Part shown: positions 34,291-45,002 of the stretch, piece by piece
Numbering within the stretch: position 1 is the first letter of the stretch
Layout: each line of letters opens with the position of its first letter
Origin: Microcoleus sp.
Lineage (GTDB): Bacteria; Cyanobacteriota; Cyanobacteriia; Cyanobacteriales; Microcoleaceae
DNA length: 64,000 bases
NCBI GenBank assembly: GCA_052279835.1
Contig: CP181291.1
Coordinates: forward strand, 128,001-192,000
Reading direction: 5' to 3'
Made by a program: the position numbers and the translations under genes
The notes under the pieces: generated by a model
Database searches by the model: none
The model's input: the letters and a program-made list of their open reading frames with translations, nothing else
What the model was told of the DNA's origin: nothing

Positions 34291-35616
34291 TCATTTTTGA
34301 GAAAATATGCGAGTAGCAAAATTTTGCGATCGATTCGGAGACAAAACCCTAGCCTTCAAAATCGCCGCCACCAAAAACGCATAGGACAAAACGCCCACCA
34401 CTGCCAGCAAGAGTACGCTGGCGCTTCCCGACGCATTCCACAAAGCGTGAAGTGCCGCAGCGTTGAGATAGCCTACGCCCAAAATTTGCCAGCGCTTTTT
34501 AGGTTTAAGGGCACTCAAACCGATAAAATATCCCAAATAGCCACTGTAAGCCATGTGTCCGGCGACGGAACCCAAAATTCGGGGAATTAGCAACTGCAAT
34601 CCTACTAATTCTCCGGCATCTGTCCCTGCTTGTAGAGTGACATTGTGAATAATATTCGGAACGTATTGTCCTAGAGTTTCTAATAGTGTAAATCCGACTG
34701 CGGAGGCACTTCCTAATAGAATGCCATCTAAAGGTTCCCAAACACCGACGCGATCCCGCCAGGGATTTCGCAACAAATTACCCAGCATCATTGCTGCCAA
34801 AACTGGTAAAGCTTTGAGCAATTCTTCCATCAGACCTGCACCGAAAAACATTCGGAGCAAGAAAGGAAAAAAACTGATTTGTTCGCTTTCGGTTGGCAGT
34901 CTTCCGGGCAAAATTTCTCGAAATACTACTATAAATCCAATCAATAAAGGGCTGAGTAAAATTAAGATAGTACCTAGGGCAGAACAAAATAATATCCACC
35001 AAGGCTTGTGTTTGCCACACAGTTGATATATGAAATAGTAAGCTGCGCCAGCAAGATAAGCAGCCAGCAGAAAATTGAAAGCTGCTGAATTTCCCACTGC
35101 TACAAACATCGAAACTACAAAAATAACTGTAGCAATGCCGGGATATAAGTAAGCTTTTTGACTTAGTTGTTTTCCGGTGGAGGCGATGGGAAATAATTGA
35201 GTGAAAGTGAGAGTTTCCTTTTCGCCAGCGTTAGAAAAGGTGGGATTTATTGTCGGGAATCGTGGCGAATTGTGGCTGTTTTGTAGGGTAGTTTCAAATA
35301 TAAATTGAGGGCCGTCAATACCGAGACTGATGCGATCGCCTGTTTCTAAAGTTTGGCAGGCTTGCAGCCTTTGACCGTTGACATAAGTACCGTTAGCGCT
35401 GTTGAGGTCGCAGATTTCCCAGGTCAGAATATTGCCTTTAGTGAGGGGACGGACTGTGGCGTGGCGGCGGGAAACCATGCCATAGGCCATCGATTCCAAG
35501 GCTATTTGACAACTGCGATCGCGTCCGATCGCCACTTCCATAATTTCAGAAAGTTGGTACTTGGATGCTGTCGCAGCCACAGCACCTTGAGCTGGCACTT
35601 GTCGCAGAAATCCCAT
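34291..35616 (-). CDS. FHA-domain PrsW-family intramembrane protease
   Basis: FHA (IGR...VSRRHA...SANGTYVNG); EELLK, GFTLLE, GHMAYS, LHALWN. Confidence 0.92.
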   Translation of the reverse strand: MGFLRQVPAQGAVAATASKYQLSEIMEVAIGRDRSCQIALESMAYGMVSRRHATVRPLTKGNILTWEICDLNSANGTYVNGQRLQACQTLETGDRISLGIDGPQFIFETTLQNSHNSPRFPTINPTFSNAGEKETLTFTQLFPIASTGKQLSQKAYLYPGIATVIFVVSMFVAVGNSAAFNFLLAAYLAGAAYYFIYQLCGKHKPWWILFCSALGTILILLSPLLIGFIVVFREILPGRLPTESEQISFFPFLLRMFFGAGLMEELLKALPVLAAMMLGNLLRNPWRDRVGVWEPLDGILLGSASAVGFTLLETLGQYVPNIIHNVTLQAGTDAGELVGLQLLIPRILGSVAGHMAYSGYLGYFIGLSALKPKKRWQILGVGYLNAAALHALWNASGSASVLLLAVVGVLSYAFLVAAILKARVLSPNRSQNFATRIFSQK

Positions 35617-35848
35617 CTTATTAGTTATTGGTTATTGGTTATTGGTTATTTGTTGTTGGTTATTTGTTATTTGTTACTTGTTATTGGTTATTGGTTATTT
35701 GTTACTTGTTATTGGTAGTTGGTGATAATAACCACCCACCAACAACCACTAACCAATAGCTAATAACCCTTCGACCCTCCGACGCTACGCTGAGTGGCAC
35801 CGCAAATCACCAATAACTAATAACAAATAACTAATAACTAATAACTAA
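35617..35848. repeat. Inverted STRR tract (TTATTGG/TTATTTG vs TAACTAA)
   Basis: Visible heptamers. Confidence 0.85.
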
Positions 35849-36052
35849 TTATAGATTTGCCCTAGCATCCCTAACTGCTGCATAAAAGAATAGTCCAGTG
35901 AGGGGTATGCTGAGGGCGAGAATGATTCCTGTGACTAAAGTGCCTAGTTGAGCTTCTCCCGAAGATAGCTCAAAGACTGACCCGACTGCGGCGATCGCGG
36001 CAATGCACGAAAGAGCTAAAAATAAACCACTTTTGGGAGTTCCTGCCATCAT
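35849..36052 (-). CDS. Small two-TM hypothetical protein coupled to def
   Basis: ATGA overlap with the def stop; two hydrophobic helices. Confidence 0.75.
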   Translation of the reverse strand: MMAGTPKSGLFLALSCIAAIAAVGSVFELSSGEAQLGTLVTGIILALSIPLTGLFFYAAVRDARANL

Positions 36053-36609
36053 ACCGATTTTACCGCCTTTGGTGAAAATTTATTTTTGACTAATTCTTCA
36101 TTTAGTGCCAGTTTGTTTTCTACTCTGTCTACAAACAGCACTCCATTGAGATGATCCATTTCGTGCTGAATAGCCCTGGATAGCAACTCTGTCGCTTTCA
36201 GGGTTTGCGGGCGGCCGTATTCATCGCGATAGGAGACTTCAATCATTTCTGGGCGCTTGACTTCTAAATAAACTCCCGGAATGCTTAAACAGCCTTCTTG
36301 GAAAGGGGAGACTTCGCCACTGGTATTTTTGATGGTGGGGTTGATCAAAACCAGTGGCGGTTTAGCTGGGTTATCCGGTTCGCAGTCGAGCACGATGACT
36401 TGTTTGTTGACTCCGACTTGAGGGGCTGCTAAACCGATGCCCTCAGCACTGTACATGGTTTGGAGCATTTCTCGGACTAGCTGCCGAATTTCTGCGTCAA
36501 CGCTGTTGACTCGCTTGGCTGGCTGGCGCAGCACGCGATCGCCCAATGTGTGTATGGTTAGGGGCGGTTTTTCTAACTTTTTCTTTTCAACCAAAACCTG
36601 AGCTGTCAT
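36049..36609 (-). CDS. def: Peptide deformylase
   Basis: GIGLAAPQVG, EGCLS, QHEMDHLNG. Confidence 0.98.
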   Translation of the reverse strand: MTAQVLVEKKKLEKPPLTIHTLGDRVLRQPAKRVNSVDAEIRQLVREMLQTMYSAEGIGLAAPQVGVNKQVIVLDCEPDNPAKPPLVLINPTIKNTSGEVSPFQEGCLSIPGVYLEVKRPEMIEVSYRDEYGRPQTLKATELLSRAIQHEMDHLNGVLFVDRVENKLALNEELVKNKFSPKAVKSV

Positions 36610-36685
36610 GGCATTCTTACTTAATATCTGGGCTAAATTGGAACCAATACTATGATATTTAATCTTAATCTAAATTAACGTACCT

Positions 36686-37198
36686 ATGAGTGGAAATAAG
36701 CCAAACCTACGACCTGTGATTTCTCTGGGGCGATCGCCACTGTTGATAGCCGGAGAGTTCGCTGCTGCGATCGCGATTTTACTGGCTATTTTGATCATTC
36801 TACAGTTTTGGGCTGTTCTGCCCTCGCGCATTCCGATTCATTTCGGTTTTTATGGCCAGCCTGATGCTTGGGGCGACAAGGCGATGATTTGGTTACTACC
36901 GGCTGTGGCTGCGATGATATTTATCGTTTTGGCTGCGGTGTCTCCCTATCCCCATACTTTTAATTATCCTGTACGGATTACTCAACAGAACGCACGCCAC
37001 CAATATCTGCTGGCGCGATCGCTTTTGGTTTGGCTGAAAGTGGAGGTTTGTTGGTTATTCGCGTTGATAGTGCGACAGCAAATTATTGTGGCTTTAGGTA
37101 GCGATCAAAGGTTGAGTATGGAGCTAGTGTTGGGGATGATGGTTTTGATATTTGGGACGGTTGGTGTTTATTTCCTAAAGGCTTATTTGGCTCGTTAG
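36686..37198 (+). CDS. DUF1648-type membrane protein
   Basis: LPSRIPIHFGFYGQPDAWGDK, FNYPVRIT. Confidence 0.8.
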   Translation: MSGNKPNLRPVISLGRSPLLIAGEFAAAIAILLAILIILQFWAVLPSRIPIHFGFYGQPDAWGDKAMIWLLPAVAAMIFIVLAAVSPYPHTFNYPVRITQQNARHQYLLARSLLVWLKVEVCWLFALIVRQQIIVALGSDQRLSMELVLGMMVLIFGTVGVYFLKAYLAR

Positions 37199-37265
37199 AC
37201 ATCTCCCATAATTATTGTGGAACAGGCATCCTGCCTGTTTTTGACAAGCTTTTTAGGAGATGTCT
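37197..37265. mobile_element. Tiny MITE-like element (AGACATCTCC...GGAGATGTCT) enclosing an AACAGGCATCCTGCCTGTT hairpin
   Basis: 10-bp inverted ends; cargo matches the 62491 tandem unit. Confidence 0.6.
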
Positions 37266-37562
37266 GTTAGGTGGGTGGTTTTTATAAATAATTTTTGGAA
37301 AAATCCAGCACTTAGATATTTTCCCAAAAACTCTGTTAATTAACAGCTAGGATGCCTATCTCAAAATATAGCCTTTCTCAATTAGGTGAGGTGAGCGTGT
37401 AATGGGTAACTTGTACGCTCGCGTAGTCGAAAATATGCTCAAACCGGATTGGTCAATGGTTCACTTCGCTCAATCTCAAAACTAAAATCGATATGCTATC
37501 TAGAATTGTCGGGCTTCGGTAAAATCAAGGTGAGCAGCCACAGTTAGAAGTTATCTCAACGC

Positions 37563-38855
37563 ATGACACCAGAACCCAATCCTTCTCCATCCAACTCCCC
37601 TGAGTCGATCGCGACTTTAGAAAATCTTAATGGTGCTACACCCTCAGTACCTGCTGGGGAAACCACTATCGTCCCTACTGCTGAACCGGAAAAACCATTA
37701 CCGCCACCTCCAACCCGTAAAATTATCTTGCCAGAGTATCCCAAACAAACGACTGGGGAAATGTCGGGTTCGGTGCTGATTTTGGGGTCGATCGCTGGGA
37801 TGATTATCGGACTGGCGATCGACAATGTGTGGATTGGCTTGTTGGGTGCGATCGGAGCGATCGGGATTGCTCTGCGGCTGATGTGGCCCAACTGGGGCAA
37901 AATCTGGCTGCAAGTCATCCCCCCCACTTGGCGCACCCTGATCGTGGCTAGCTTTGGACTTTTGGCGGGCATCGCTGGCTTGCTGATGCTAAGCGGCTCT
38001 AACACTGAACCGGGAACTCGCAATATTCAAATTAACTGGGATGCTGTCGGAGCTCTGGGTGAGTTAATTGGCGCTTTGGGTCAAATTTTGATCGCAATTT
38101 TGGGTGTTTACGTGGCTTGGCGACAGTACGTGATTTCAAAAGATTTGACTATTCAGCAAAATCGAATTACTCAGCAGCAAACCATCGATGCTTATTTTCA
38201 AGGGGTTTCGGATTTGGCCCTGGATGAACAAGGATTTTTGGAAGATTGGCCGCAGGAAAGGGCGATCGCCGAAGGTCGCACTGCTGCGATTATGAGCAGT
38301 GTGGATGCTGAAGGTAAAGCTAAAATTCTCAGGTTTTTATCCCAGTCGAGGTTGGTTACTCCTCTGAAGCGCGATCGACTCTTAGGCCGCCCCATTCTCG
38401 ACGGCGATGGTGGCTACGCCGAAGATAGAGACCACGGTATCCGCGTCATCGATCTCAATGTGATGTTAGCCGGTGCCGACCTCGCCAGCACTGACTTGCG
38501 GTGGACAGATTTAAGCGAAGCCAATCTCGTCCGGGCCAATCTCAGCAAGTGCGATTTAGTGAAAGCAAACCTCTCCCGCGCTGTGTTGTATGATGCCAAT
38601 CTCACCCGCGCTGATATCAGGGGTGCCACATTATTTTATGGTTCGGCCGAAACCGCTTCCCCTCGCAGTCGGACTGAATTTCCTAACTACACCACGGGGG
38701 AATATACCGGGGCTGTGCTGGAACGCGCTGATTTCACTGGTGTCAAGCGAATGTCGGAGGAGCAACGTCAATACTGCTGCGCTTGGTGTGGCTCGAAATC
38801 GAGAGAGACTATTCCCGGTGGCTGCGAAGGTATTCCTAATAAACTAGGGCGTTGA
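37563..38855 (+). CDS. Membrane-anchored pentapeptide-repeat protein
   Basis: TM helices followed by A(D/N)Lxx repeats. Confidence 0.88.
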   Translation: MTPEPNPSPSNSPESIATLENLNGATPSVPAGETTIVPTAEPEKPLPPPPTRKIILPEYPKQTTGEMSGSVLILGSIAGMIIGLAIDNVWIGLLGAIGAIGIALRLMWPNWGKIWLQVIPPTWRTLIVASFGLLAGIAGLLMLSGSNTEPGTRNIQINWDAVGALGELIGALGQILIAILGVYVAWRQYVISKDLTIQQNRITQQQTIDAYFQGVSDLALDEQGFLEDWPQERAIAEGRTAAIMSSVDAEGKAKILRFLSQSRLVTPLKRDRLLGRPILDGDGGYAEDRDHGIRVIDLNVMLAGADLASTDLRWTDLSEANLVRANLSKCDLVKANLSRAVLYDANLTRADIRGATLFYGSAETASPRSRTEFPNYTTGEYTGAVLERADFTGVKRMSEEQRQYCCAWCGSKSRETIPGGCEGIPNKLGR

Positions 38856-38868
38856 CTGCTCCTGTCAA

Positions 38869-38957
38869 ATCCGGTAGCAGCGTCCTGTATTCATCTCTCT
38901 TCTTCTCCTCTGTGCCCTCTGCGCTCTCTGCGGTTAAATCATTCCGATGCAACCGTA
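38869..38957. repeat. Dispersed element ATCCGGTAGCA...CTCTGCGGTTAAATCATTCCGATGCAACC (other copies at 59792-59880 and, inverted and partial, 26181-26238)
   Basis: Three recognisable copies with imperfect inverted ends. Confidence 0.7.
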
Positions 38958-39052
38958 GAAAATATCACCGCTAACCTGGCGTACCAGGTATAGCGGGTGC
39001 ACAAAAAAAACACGTAAAAATTCCGATAATTTGACAGATGTGGATGGAAAGT

Positions 39053-39823
39053 TTAAATTTTTGACACAGGATTGAGCCACAGCAAAACTGTCTTTTTTAA
39101 TTGATTTAATTCCCGATACACTTCTTGTTTCACCCACTGTCCGATCGCATCAAAGGGTGTAAAAATTTGACCCATCGGCCAGCTAACATCTTGACCCAAG
39201 GGTGTTTGATGGTTGCCTGCCAGGATCTGAACAGTAATCATGTCCGAATATTTCACTTTTAGCAAGTCTGTTAACAGCAAAGTTTGGTCGATGTTGTCAT
39301 CCTTAAATTTAATTAACAGATTGCGCCGAATTTGATAGCTATCTTTCACCAAGCGATTGGTATCCTGGGGAGAAGGAGTAAATTCGACGTTAAAGACAGG
39401 GGAAATTTGCTCGACGATCGGGATTGCTTCAGAAGCTGCATAATTGTTGAAAGAGATCAGAATATTGCCGGCTCTTTCTACGTCAAAGACAGCACCAATC
39501 AGCAGATGGAGTTTGCACCCCATGCTGTGTCCCATCCCGTAGATGGGGAGATATCGCGATCGCAGTAACTTCAGCGCCTGCAATCGTCCCAGAGCATTTT
39601 CAAATTTATTGAGAACATCACGGGCGATCGCAAGATGATCCAAAGTATTGACAAAAGGTGTCGCTACTACAACATATCCTTGATTTCCCAAGGCCTCCAA
39701 TAGCCAGCGATAGGTCAAGTGTGGTGCTGTCGCCACAAAGGCACCACCGAGAAAATGTACGATCGCGATCGGTCTAGTTGAAGGAATCAATACCCAATTC
39801 CCAGAAATTTCCTGCCAGTCCAT
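39053..39823 (-). CDS. DUF1350-family alpha/beta hydrolase
   Basis: HFLGGAFV, GHSMG, GNHQTP. Confidence 0.85.
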   Translation of the reverse strand: MDWQEISGNWVLIPSTRPIAIVHFLGGAFVATAPHLTYRWLLEALGNQGYVVVATPFVNTLDHLAIARDVLNKFENALGRLQALKLLRSRYLPIYGMGHSMGCKLHLLIGAVFDVERAGNILISFNNYAASEAIPIVEQISPVFNVEFTPSPQDTNRLVKDSYQIRRNLLIKFKDDNIDQTLLLTDLLKVKYSDMITVQILAGNHQTPLGQDVSWPMGQIFTPFDAIGQWVKQEVYRELNQLKKTVLLWLNPVSKI

Positions 39824-39835
39824 AAATTCAATCAA

Positions 39836-40801
39836 CTAGGGAGTGTCAAGCCTTTCTTCATGATACTTCATCCATTTCAACTTATTTAAACTAGCTTGAG
39901 GATTGAGAACTGTAGTAGCAATCCCGTAAACAAGAGTCTGCAAAAACTCCCGGTTCAACCAACTTTGTCCTAGTTTTCTCATGTAGTGCAATGCCAAAAA
40001 TTGTCTAAATTTGTTGAGCTTTTGCCAAAGGGGCAAATTCTGAAAACATAATTGTTCGTAATGACTTAAAGATAACTCCGGCTCTCCCCGCAGACGCCGC
40101 CGTTGATTTTCCTTGATACAATCAGAAGCTATGCGTTTTTTCAACCAGTGCTTATCTGTCAGAGAATTCCCTCTAATCCGGTAATTGCCCAAAGGCTGTT
40201 TCGTCGCCAACAAGCCGTACTTGTGAGCAATTCTGGTAAATAACTCTGTATCTTCCCCTACCAACCAATCTTCAGCGAAGCCACCTTCAGAGAGGAGAAT
40301 TGCTCGCTCGATTACCACAGAAGACGGAAAAACCCAAGGACTATCGCCTGTCAACTTCATCCCCTGCATTTCGGCTGTAGTTGTAGGATAGGTAGGAATA
40401 TAACTCAACTTGTTACCACTTTTATCTAAGTACCGCAAAGCGTGAGCAACAGCTTTAACTTCTGGATGTTCTGCCAGCATTTGCAAACAAAATTCCAGCT
40501 TGTTTGGTTCCCAAGTATCGTCGCTGTCTAGAAACGCTACATACTCACCTGTGGCGCGCTCGATCATTAAATTTCTGGACTTAGAAACCCCATAATTTTC
40601 GGGATTTACAAATAACTGAATTCGCGGTTCTGACTCTGCAAGTTGGGCTGCTATTTTCCTAGTATCATCAGTAGAACAGTCATCAACAATTAAGATTTCT
40701 AGATCCTGGTGGCTGCCATTGAGTGCGGAAAAAACTGCGGCCACCAGGGTTTCTGCTGCATTGAATGCAGGAATGATGACACTGACTTTTTTGCTGTTCA
40801 T
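39836..40801 (-). CDS. GT2 glycosyltransferase
   Basis: VSVIIPAFN, VDDCSTD, FLDSDD. Confidence 0.93.
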   Translation of the reverse strand: MNSKKVSVIIPAFNAAETLVAAVFSALNGSHQDLEILIVDDCSTDDTRKIAAQLAESEPRIQLFVNPENYGVSKSRNLMIERATGEYVAFLDSDDTWEPNKLEFCLQMLAEHPEVKAVAHALRYLDKSGNKLSYIPTYPTTTAEMQGMKLTGDSPWVFPSSVVIERAILLSEGGFAEDWLVGEDTELFTRIAHKYGLLATKQPLGNYRIRGNSLTDKHWLKKRIASDCIKENQRRRLRGEPELSLSHYEQLCFQNLPLWQKLNKFRQFLALHYMRKLGQSWLNREFLQTLVYGIATTVLNPQASLNKLKWMKYHEERLDTP

Positions 40802-41005
40802 AAATTGACTATTACAGTAGCTCAGGTCTGATGGAGATTTGTTGGGAAATAAGCAGGAGTTTAGATCGATAAGCTGTTGCTATTTTAAGTCATCTACATG
40901 AGGTATATGGTGGGCAGTGATATTTTTGATAATCAACATTAGATTTATGTCTTAAGGAGGATGTCATGTAATTTAGAATTAAACAAGTTTAGTCTTCTGT
41001 TAACC

Positions 41006-42733
41006 ATGTTTTTAAGTTTATCTAAAAAAGTACCAATTTATACTTTATTTCTAACAGTTATGGTATGTGGTTGCCAGCAGCAGCTACAGCAACCACCCAA
41101 GTTTCAGCAACAGCATAGCAAACAAGGCATAGCAGTGTCTGCTCACCCCCTGGCGAGCGATGCGGGACTGTTGGTGCTGCAACAGGGAGGGAATGCAGTG
41201 GATGCAGCCGTGGCTACGGCTTTGGCAATTTCGGTGGTGGAGCCTTTTTCGGCGGGTATCGGCGGTGGGGGTTTTTTGCTACTGCGACGGGCCCAAGCAG
41301 GGACTGTGCAAGCGTTGGATTTTCGGGAACGGGCTCCCAAACGGGCGACGCGGGATATGTATTTGGACAAGCAAGGAAAAGTGCGTCCCAGAGCAAGTCT
41401 AGATGGGCATTTGGCCGCGGGGATTCCTGGTACTGTGGGGGGACTTTATACGGTGCATCGCGAGTACGGGAAGTTGCCTTGGGCGAATTTGGTGGCACCG
41501 GCGATCGCCTTGGCAGAAAATGGTTTTCCGGTGAGTTCGCGGTTTACCAAGGCTGTGAAGTTGCGACAGAATGCGATTGACAACAACCAGGCGGCACGGG
41601 AAGTTTTTACCCGCAGTGGTGTTTTGTACAAACCAGGGGAACTGCTGGTGCAGCGGGATTTAGCGCGGACTTTACGCCAGATTGCGACAGAACCCCAAAG
41701 TTTTTATCGAGGGAAAATTGCTAGGGCGATCGCCTCTGACATGGCGAAAAACGGCGGGTTGATTACTCTCGAAGACCTGAAAAACTATACACCGATTTGG
41801 CGCAATCCCGTTTGTGGCAATTTTCGGACTTACCAAATTTGCGCGATGTCGCCTCCTGCTTCCGGTGGCGTTCATTTGCTGCAAATTTTGAATATGATTG
41901 GCGATACAGATTTAAAGACTATGGGAAGGAAAAATCCAGATACTTTGCACTTGTTGGCGGAATCGATGAAGATTGCTTATGCCGATCGGGCTGAGTATTT
42001 GGGCGATCCAGATTTTGTGAGTGTCCCCGTCAAAGCTCTCACTAGCAAAAATTATGGCCGATGGAGGCGATCGCAAATCCAGAGTCAAGCCAAACCTGCT
42101 AGGGAAGTAAAAGCTGTGGATGCTCAAACTTTGAGTCGCTTGGTGTCGGAGTCGCCGGAGACTACGCACCTGACGGTAGTTGACACTGAGCGCAATGTGG
42201 TCAGTTTGACGTTTACGGTGAATGGTGGTTTTGGGGCTGGGGCGGTGGCTGCGGGTACAGGAATTTTGCTCAACAACGAGATGGATGATTTTGCTGCGGC
42301 ACCGGGAGTGCCCAATTTGTTTGGTTTGGTGGGTGGGGATGCAAATGCGATCGCCAGCGGCAAAACTCCTTTATCCAGCATGACGCCGGTGATTGTGACA
42401 GAAAATGGCAAATTTCGCCTCGCGGTGGGGTCTCCCGGAGGTAGTACGATTATTACCACTGTGCTGCAAATTTTACTTAATGTGTTGGTTTACGACATGA
42501 ATGTCGGTGAGGCTGTATCCGCACCGAGGATTCACCATCAGTGGCTGCCCGATCGCCTAATGCTGGAACGGGGAGGTTTTGATGGTGCGACGCTGGATCA
42601 GTTGCGACGGCGGGGACACCAGATTCAGCAACGGGAAAGTTGGGGAAATGCTAATGCGATCGTTGTAACACCCGATGATTCGTTGGAGGGGGCTGCCGAT
42701 CCACGCTCTGAGGGAGTAGCAAGGGGTTTTTGA
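41006..42733 (+). CDS. ggt: Gamma-glutamyltransferase
   Basis: GGNAVDAAVA, DFRERAP, ETTH cleavage site, LLNNEMDDF, PLSSMTP. Start could be 40961. Confidence 0.97.
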   Translation: MFLSLSKKVPIYTLFLTVMVCGCQQQLQQPPKFQQQHSKQGIAVSAHPLASDAGLLVLQQGGNAVDAAVATALAISVVEPFSAGIGGGGFLLLRRAQAGTVQALDFRERAPKRATRDMYLDKQGKVRPRASLDGHLAAGIPGTVGGLYTVHREYGKLPWANLVAPAIALAENGFPVSSRFTKAVKLRQNAIDNNQAAREVFTRSGVLYKPGELLVQRDLARTLRQIATEPQSFYRGKIARAIASDMAKNGGLITLEDLKNYTPIWRNPVCGNFRTYQICAMSPPASGGVHLLQILNMIGDTDLKTMGRKNPDTLHLLAESMKIAYADRAEYLGDPDFVSVPVKALTSKNYGRWRRSQIQSQAKPAREVKAVDAQTLSRLVSESPETTHLTVVDTERNVVSLTFTVNGGFGAGAVAAGTGILLNNEMDDFAAAPGVPNLFGLVGGDANAIASGKTPLSSMTPVIVTENGKFRLAVGSPGGSTIITTVLQILLNVLVYDMNVGEAVSAPRIHHQWLPDRLMLERGGFDGATLDQLRRRGHQIQQRESWGNANAIVVTPDDSLEGAADPRSEGVARGF

Positions 42734-42980
42734 CCAAGCCCGCCCTCTATGGGATTTGATTCTCCAGCGATCGAACAGGAGAATCAGGTATGATTTTTCG
42801 TTCTGACTTGGGGCTGCTGCGATCGCGTCACAGCCCATAATTACCGAGTTTAAATCTCTCAATATTTCAGTATAAATACTTAGAATTAAAGAGTTGATAA
42901 AGGTAATATATATTACCTATATTTAATGCCATGATCTAATTGTGGATTGAATTTATACCTGTGATTTTAGCAAGAAAAAT

Positions 42981-43850
42981 ATGCTCAGCCCTCATAGAAT
43001 TGCTGCCTTAACTGCTACCTTCACCGCTGCTGCTTTCAGCTTGTTGACCGCACCCGCGATGGCATTTTCTGTAGGTGCAACCAATAATACCGAAACTTTA
43101 AAAAACCAGTTGTTAGGAACTCAGACAGCGGGATTGAGTAATTTCTCTGTGTCAGTGACTGGAAATAGTGCTGCTTTTGGTACTTTTACAAATGACCCCT
43201 TCGGTTTGCACTCAGGTGTTGTTCTCAGCACTGGTAGAGTAGCTGACATAGCCGGCAGGAATAAAAAAGATAATCTCTTCTTCAATGGCACTGATTTAAA
43301 CACTGACTTTGGCCCCAATGGTGAAGCTGGAGATTTAACTCAGCTCAACCTCAGTTTTTTTGCTGACTCTACCGCCGAAAAGTTGTTCTTTGAGTATGTA
43401 TTTGGTTCCGAGGAGTTTCCTGAGTTTGGTGGTTCTCCATTTAATGACGATTTTGAACTACTGTTGAATGGCAATAATTTGGCCAAGTTGAGCGACGGCA
43501 AAGCCGTTACCATTAATAATCTGGTTCCCGAGCTAAATAATCGCTCTCAAGATCACTCCGACTATATCAATAATCCAGTCGTGACAGGCCTGGCTGCTAA
43601 TATTATTAAGCTGGATGGCTTTACTAAAATTTTAGGTTTTGAGGGTTTCCTCAATAAAAATCAGACGAATGTTCTCAGCATCCGCATTAAAGATGTGGGG
43701 GATGGTAATTTAGATTCTGCTGTATTTATTAAAGGCGGTTCTTTGGCCACCCAAAAAGCCGAGCCGGTTCCCGAACCTATGACTCTGGGGGGTTTGATAG
43801 CCGGAGTTGCGATGCTTGCCACAGGCAGAAAATTGCGCGCTAGACTCTAG
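42981..43850 (+). CDS. PEP-CTERM surface protein with choice-of-anchor-L-like domain
   Basis: Signal peptide; FEYVFGSEEFPEF...FND; C-terminal VPEP + TM + basic tail. Confidence 0.85.
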   Translation: MLSPHRIAALTATFTAAAFSLLTAPAMAFSVGATNNTETLKNQLLGTQTAGLSNFSVSVTGNSAAFGTFTNDPFGLHSGVVLSTGRVADIAGRNKKDNLFFNGTDLNTDFGPNGEAGDLTQLNLSFFADSTAEKLFFEYVFGSEEFPEFGGSPFNDDFELLLNGNNLAKLSDGKAVTINNLVPELNNRSQDHSDYINNPVVTGLAANIIKLDGFTKILGFEGFLNKNQTNVLSIRIKDVGDGNLDSAVFIKGGSLATQKAEPVPEPMTLGGLIAGVAMLATGRKLRARL

Positions 43851-43967
43851 GAATGTCCTGTAGGGGCATGGGGTATGGGGGATGGAGTATGGGGCATTAG
43901 TCCTGATGCCACAACGAACAACCCAAAAATCACAAATAACGAATAACTGATAACTAATCAACACTGA

Positions 43968-44894
43968 TTAACTGTGAACAGTACCATCGGGTAATATAGT
44001 TCCCGATAATCGGGCTCCGGTAAGTTTTACCATTACTCGATCGCCATAACCGATTTTAGCTCCTGTTAAATCTGCACCACTCAAGTCAGCGCCACTCAAA
44101 TCAGCTCCGATTAAGTTAGTTTCTCTCAAGTTGGCATTGATTAAACAAGCTCCTAACAGGTTCGCTCTGAACAAATTGGCCTTATGCAAATTTGCGCCTG
44201 TGAGGTTAACGTTATGTAGAAAAGCATCGCTTAAGTCGGCTTGACTCAAGTTAGAATTGCTCAAGTTTCTGCCGGCAAAATCCTTTTCTTTTAAGGAAGC
44301 TCCTTTGAAGTTGGAACCGCTTAAATCGGGACTTTGTGGGGTAGCGGGGCGGTAAGATGAGGATGAGGGTGAGGATGAGGATGATTGGTAACGGGGGGTA
44401 GTTGAATAGGGCCCTGAAGGATTTGCAGAAGAGTTTCCAGCATATTTTCCAGGATAAGCCTCAGAAGAATAACGGGTTTCTTTTGGGCTTGCCGGTGGTG
44501 GCTGAGTATTTTGGTATGGAGATTTTTGGTATGTAGAGTTTCTATACTGAGAGCTTTGGTACTGAGAGCTTTGGTACTGGGTGCTTCTGTGCTGGGTGTT
44601 TTGGTGCTGAGAGCTTTGGTGCTGGGTGTTTTGGTACTGAGAGCTTTGGTGCTGGGTGTTTTTGTGTTGAGAGCTTTGGTGCTGAGCCCTCGGCTGAATC
44701 GATCGCAATTTTTCGCGAGCTTGATTAATTTCCTTAATCTTTGCTTCAGCTTTTTCTAGCAATCTGGGCCGATCTTTGGGAATGCGATCGGGGTGCCAAA
44801 TGAACGCTAAATCCTTGTAGGCTTGGGTAATTTCTTCAGGAGTTGCTCCCGGCAATATTTCGAGCACTCTATAGTATTGGTCGAGGTCGTTCAT
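43968..44894 (-). CDS. J-domain / pentapeptide-repeat protein with Q/S-rich linker
   Basis: HPD motif; QHQSS/QYQNT 15-bp repeats; C-terminal A(D/N)Lxx repeats. Confidence 0.92.
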   Translation of the reverse strand: MNDLDQYYRVLEILPGATPEEITQAYKDLAFIWHPDRIPKDRPRLLEKAEAKIKEINQAREKLRSIQPRAQHQSSQHKNTQHQSSQYQNTQHQSSQHQNTQHRSTQYQSSQYQSSQYRNSTYQKSPYQNTQPPPASPKETRYSSEAYPGKYAGNSSANPSGPYSTTPRYQSSSSSPSSSSYRPATPQSPDLSGSNFKGASLKEKDFAGRNLSNSNLSQADLSDAFLHNVNLTGANLHKANLFRANLLGACLINANLRETNLIGADLSGADLSGADLTGAKIGYGDRVMVKLTGARLSGTILPDGTVHS

Positions 44895-45002
44895 TTTACC
44901 ACCTTTCGCTTTCAGAAATTAGGAATTAAAAATTAAGATCGGAGTAAAGGCGGCTCTCAAAGCTGGCTTCCCCGATCGTACATTAGATGAACATTAACTC
45001 AG

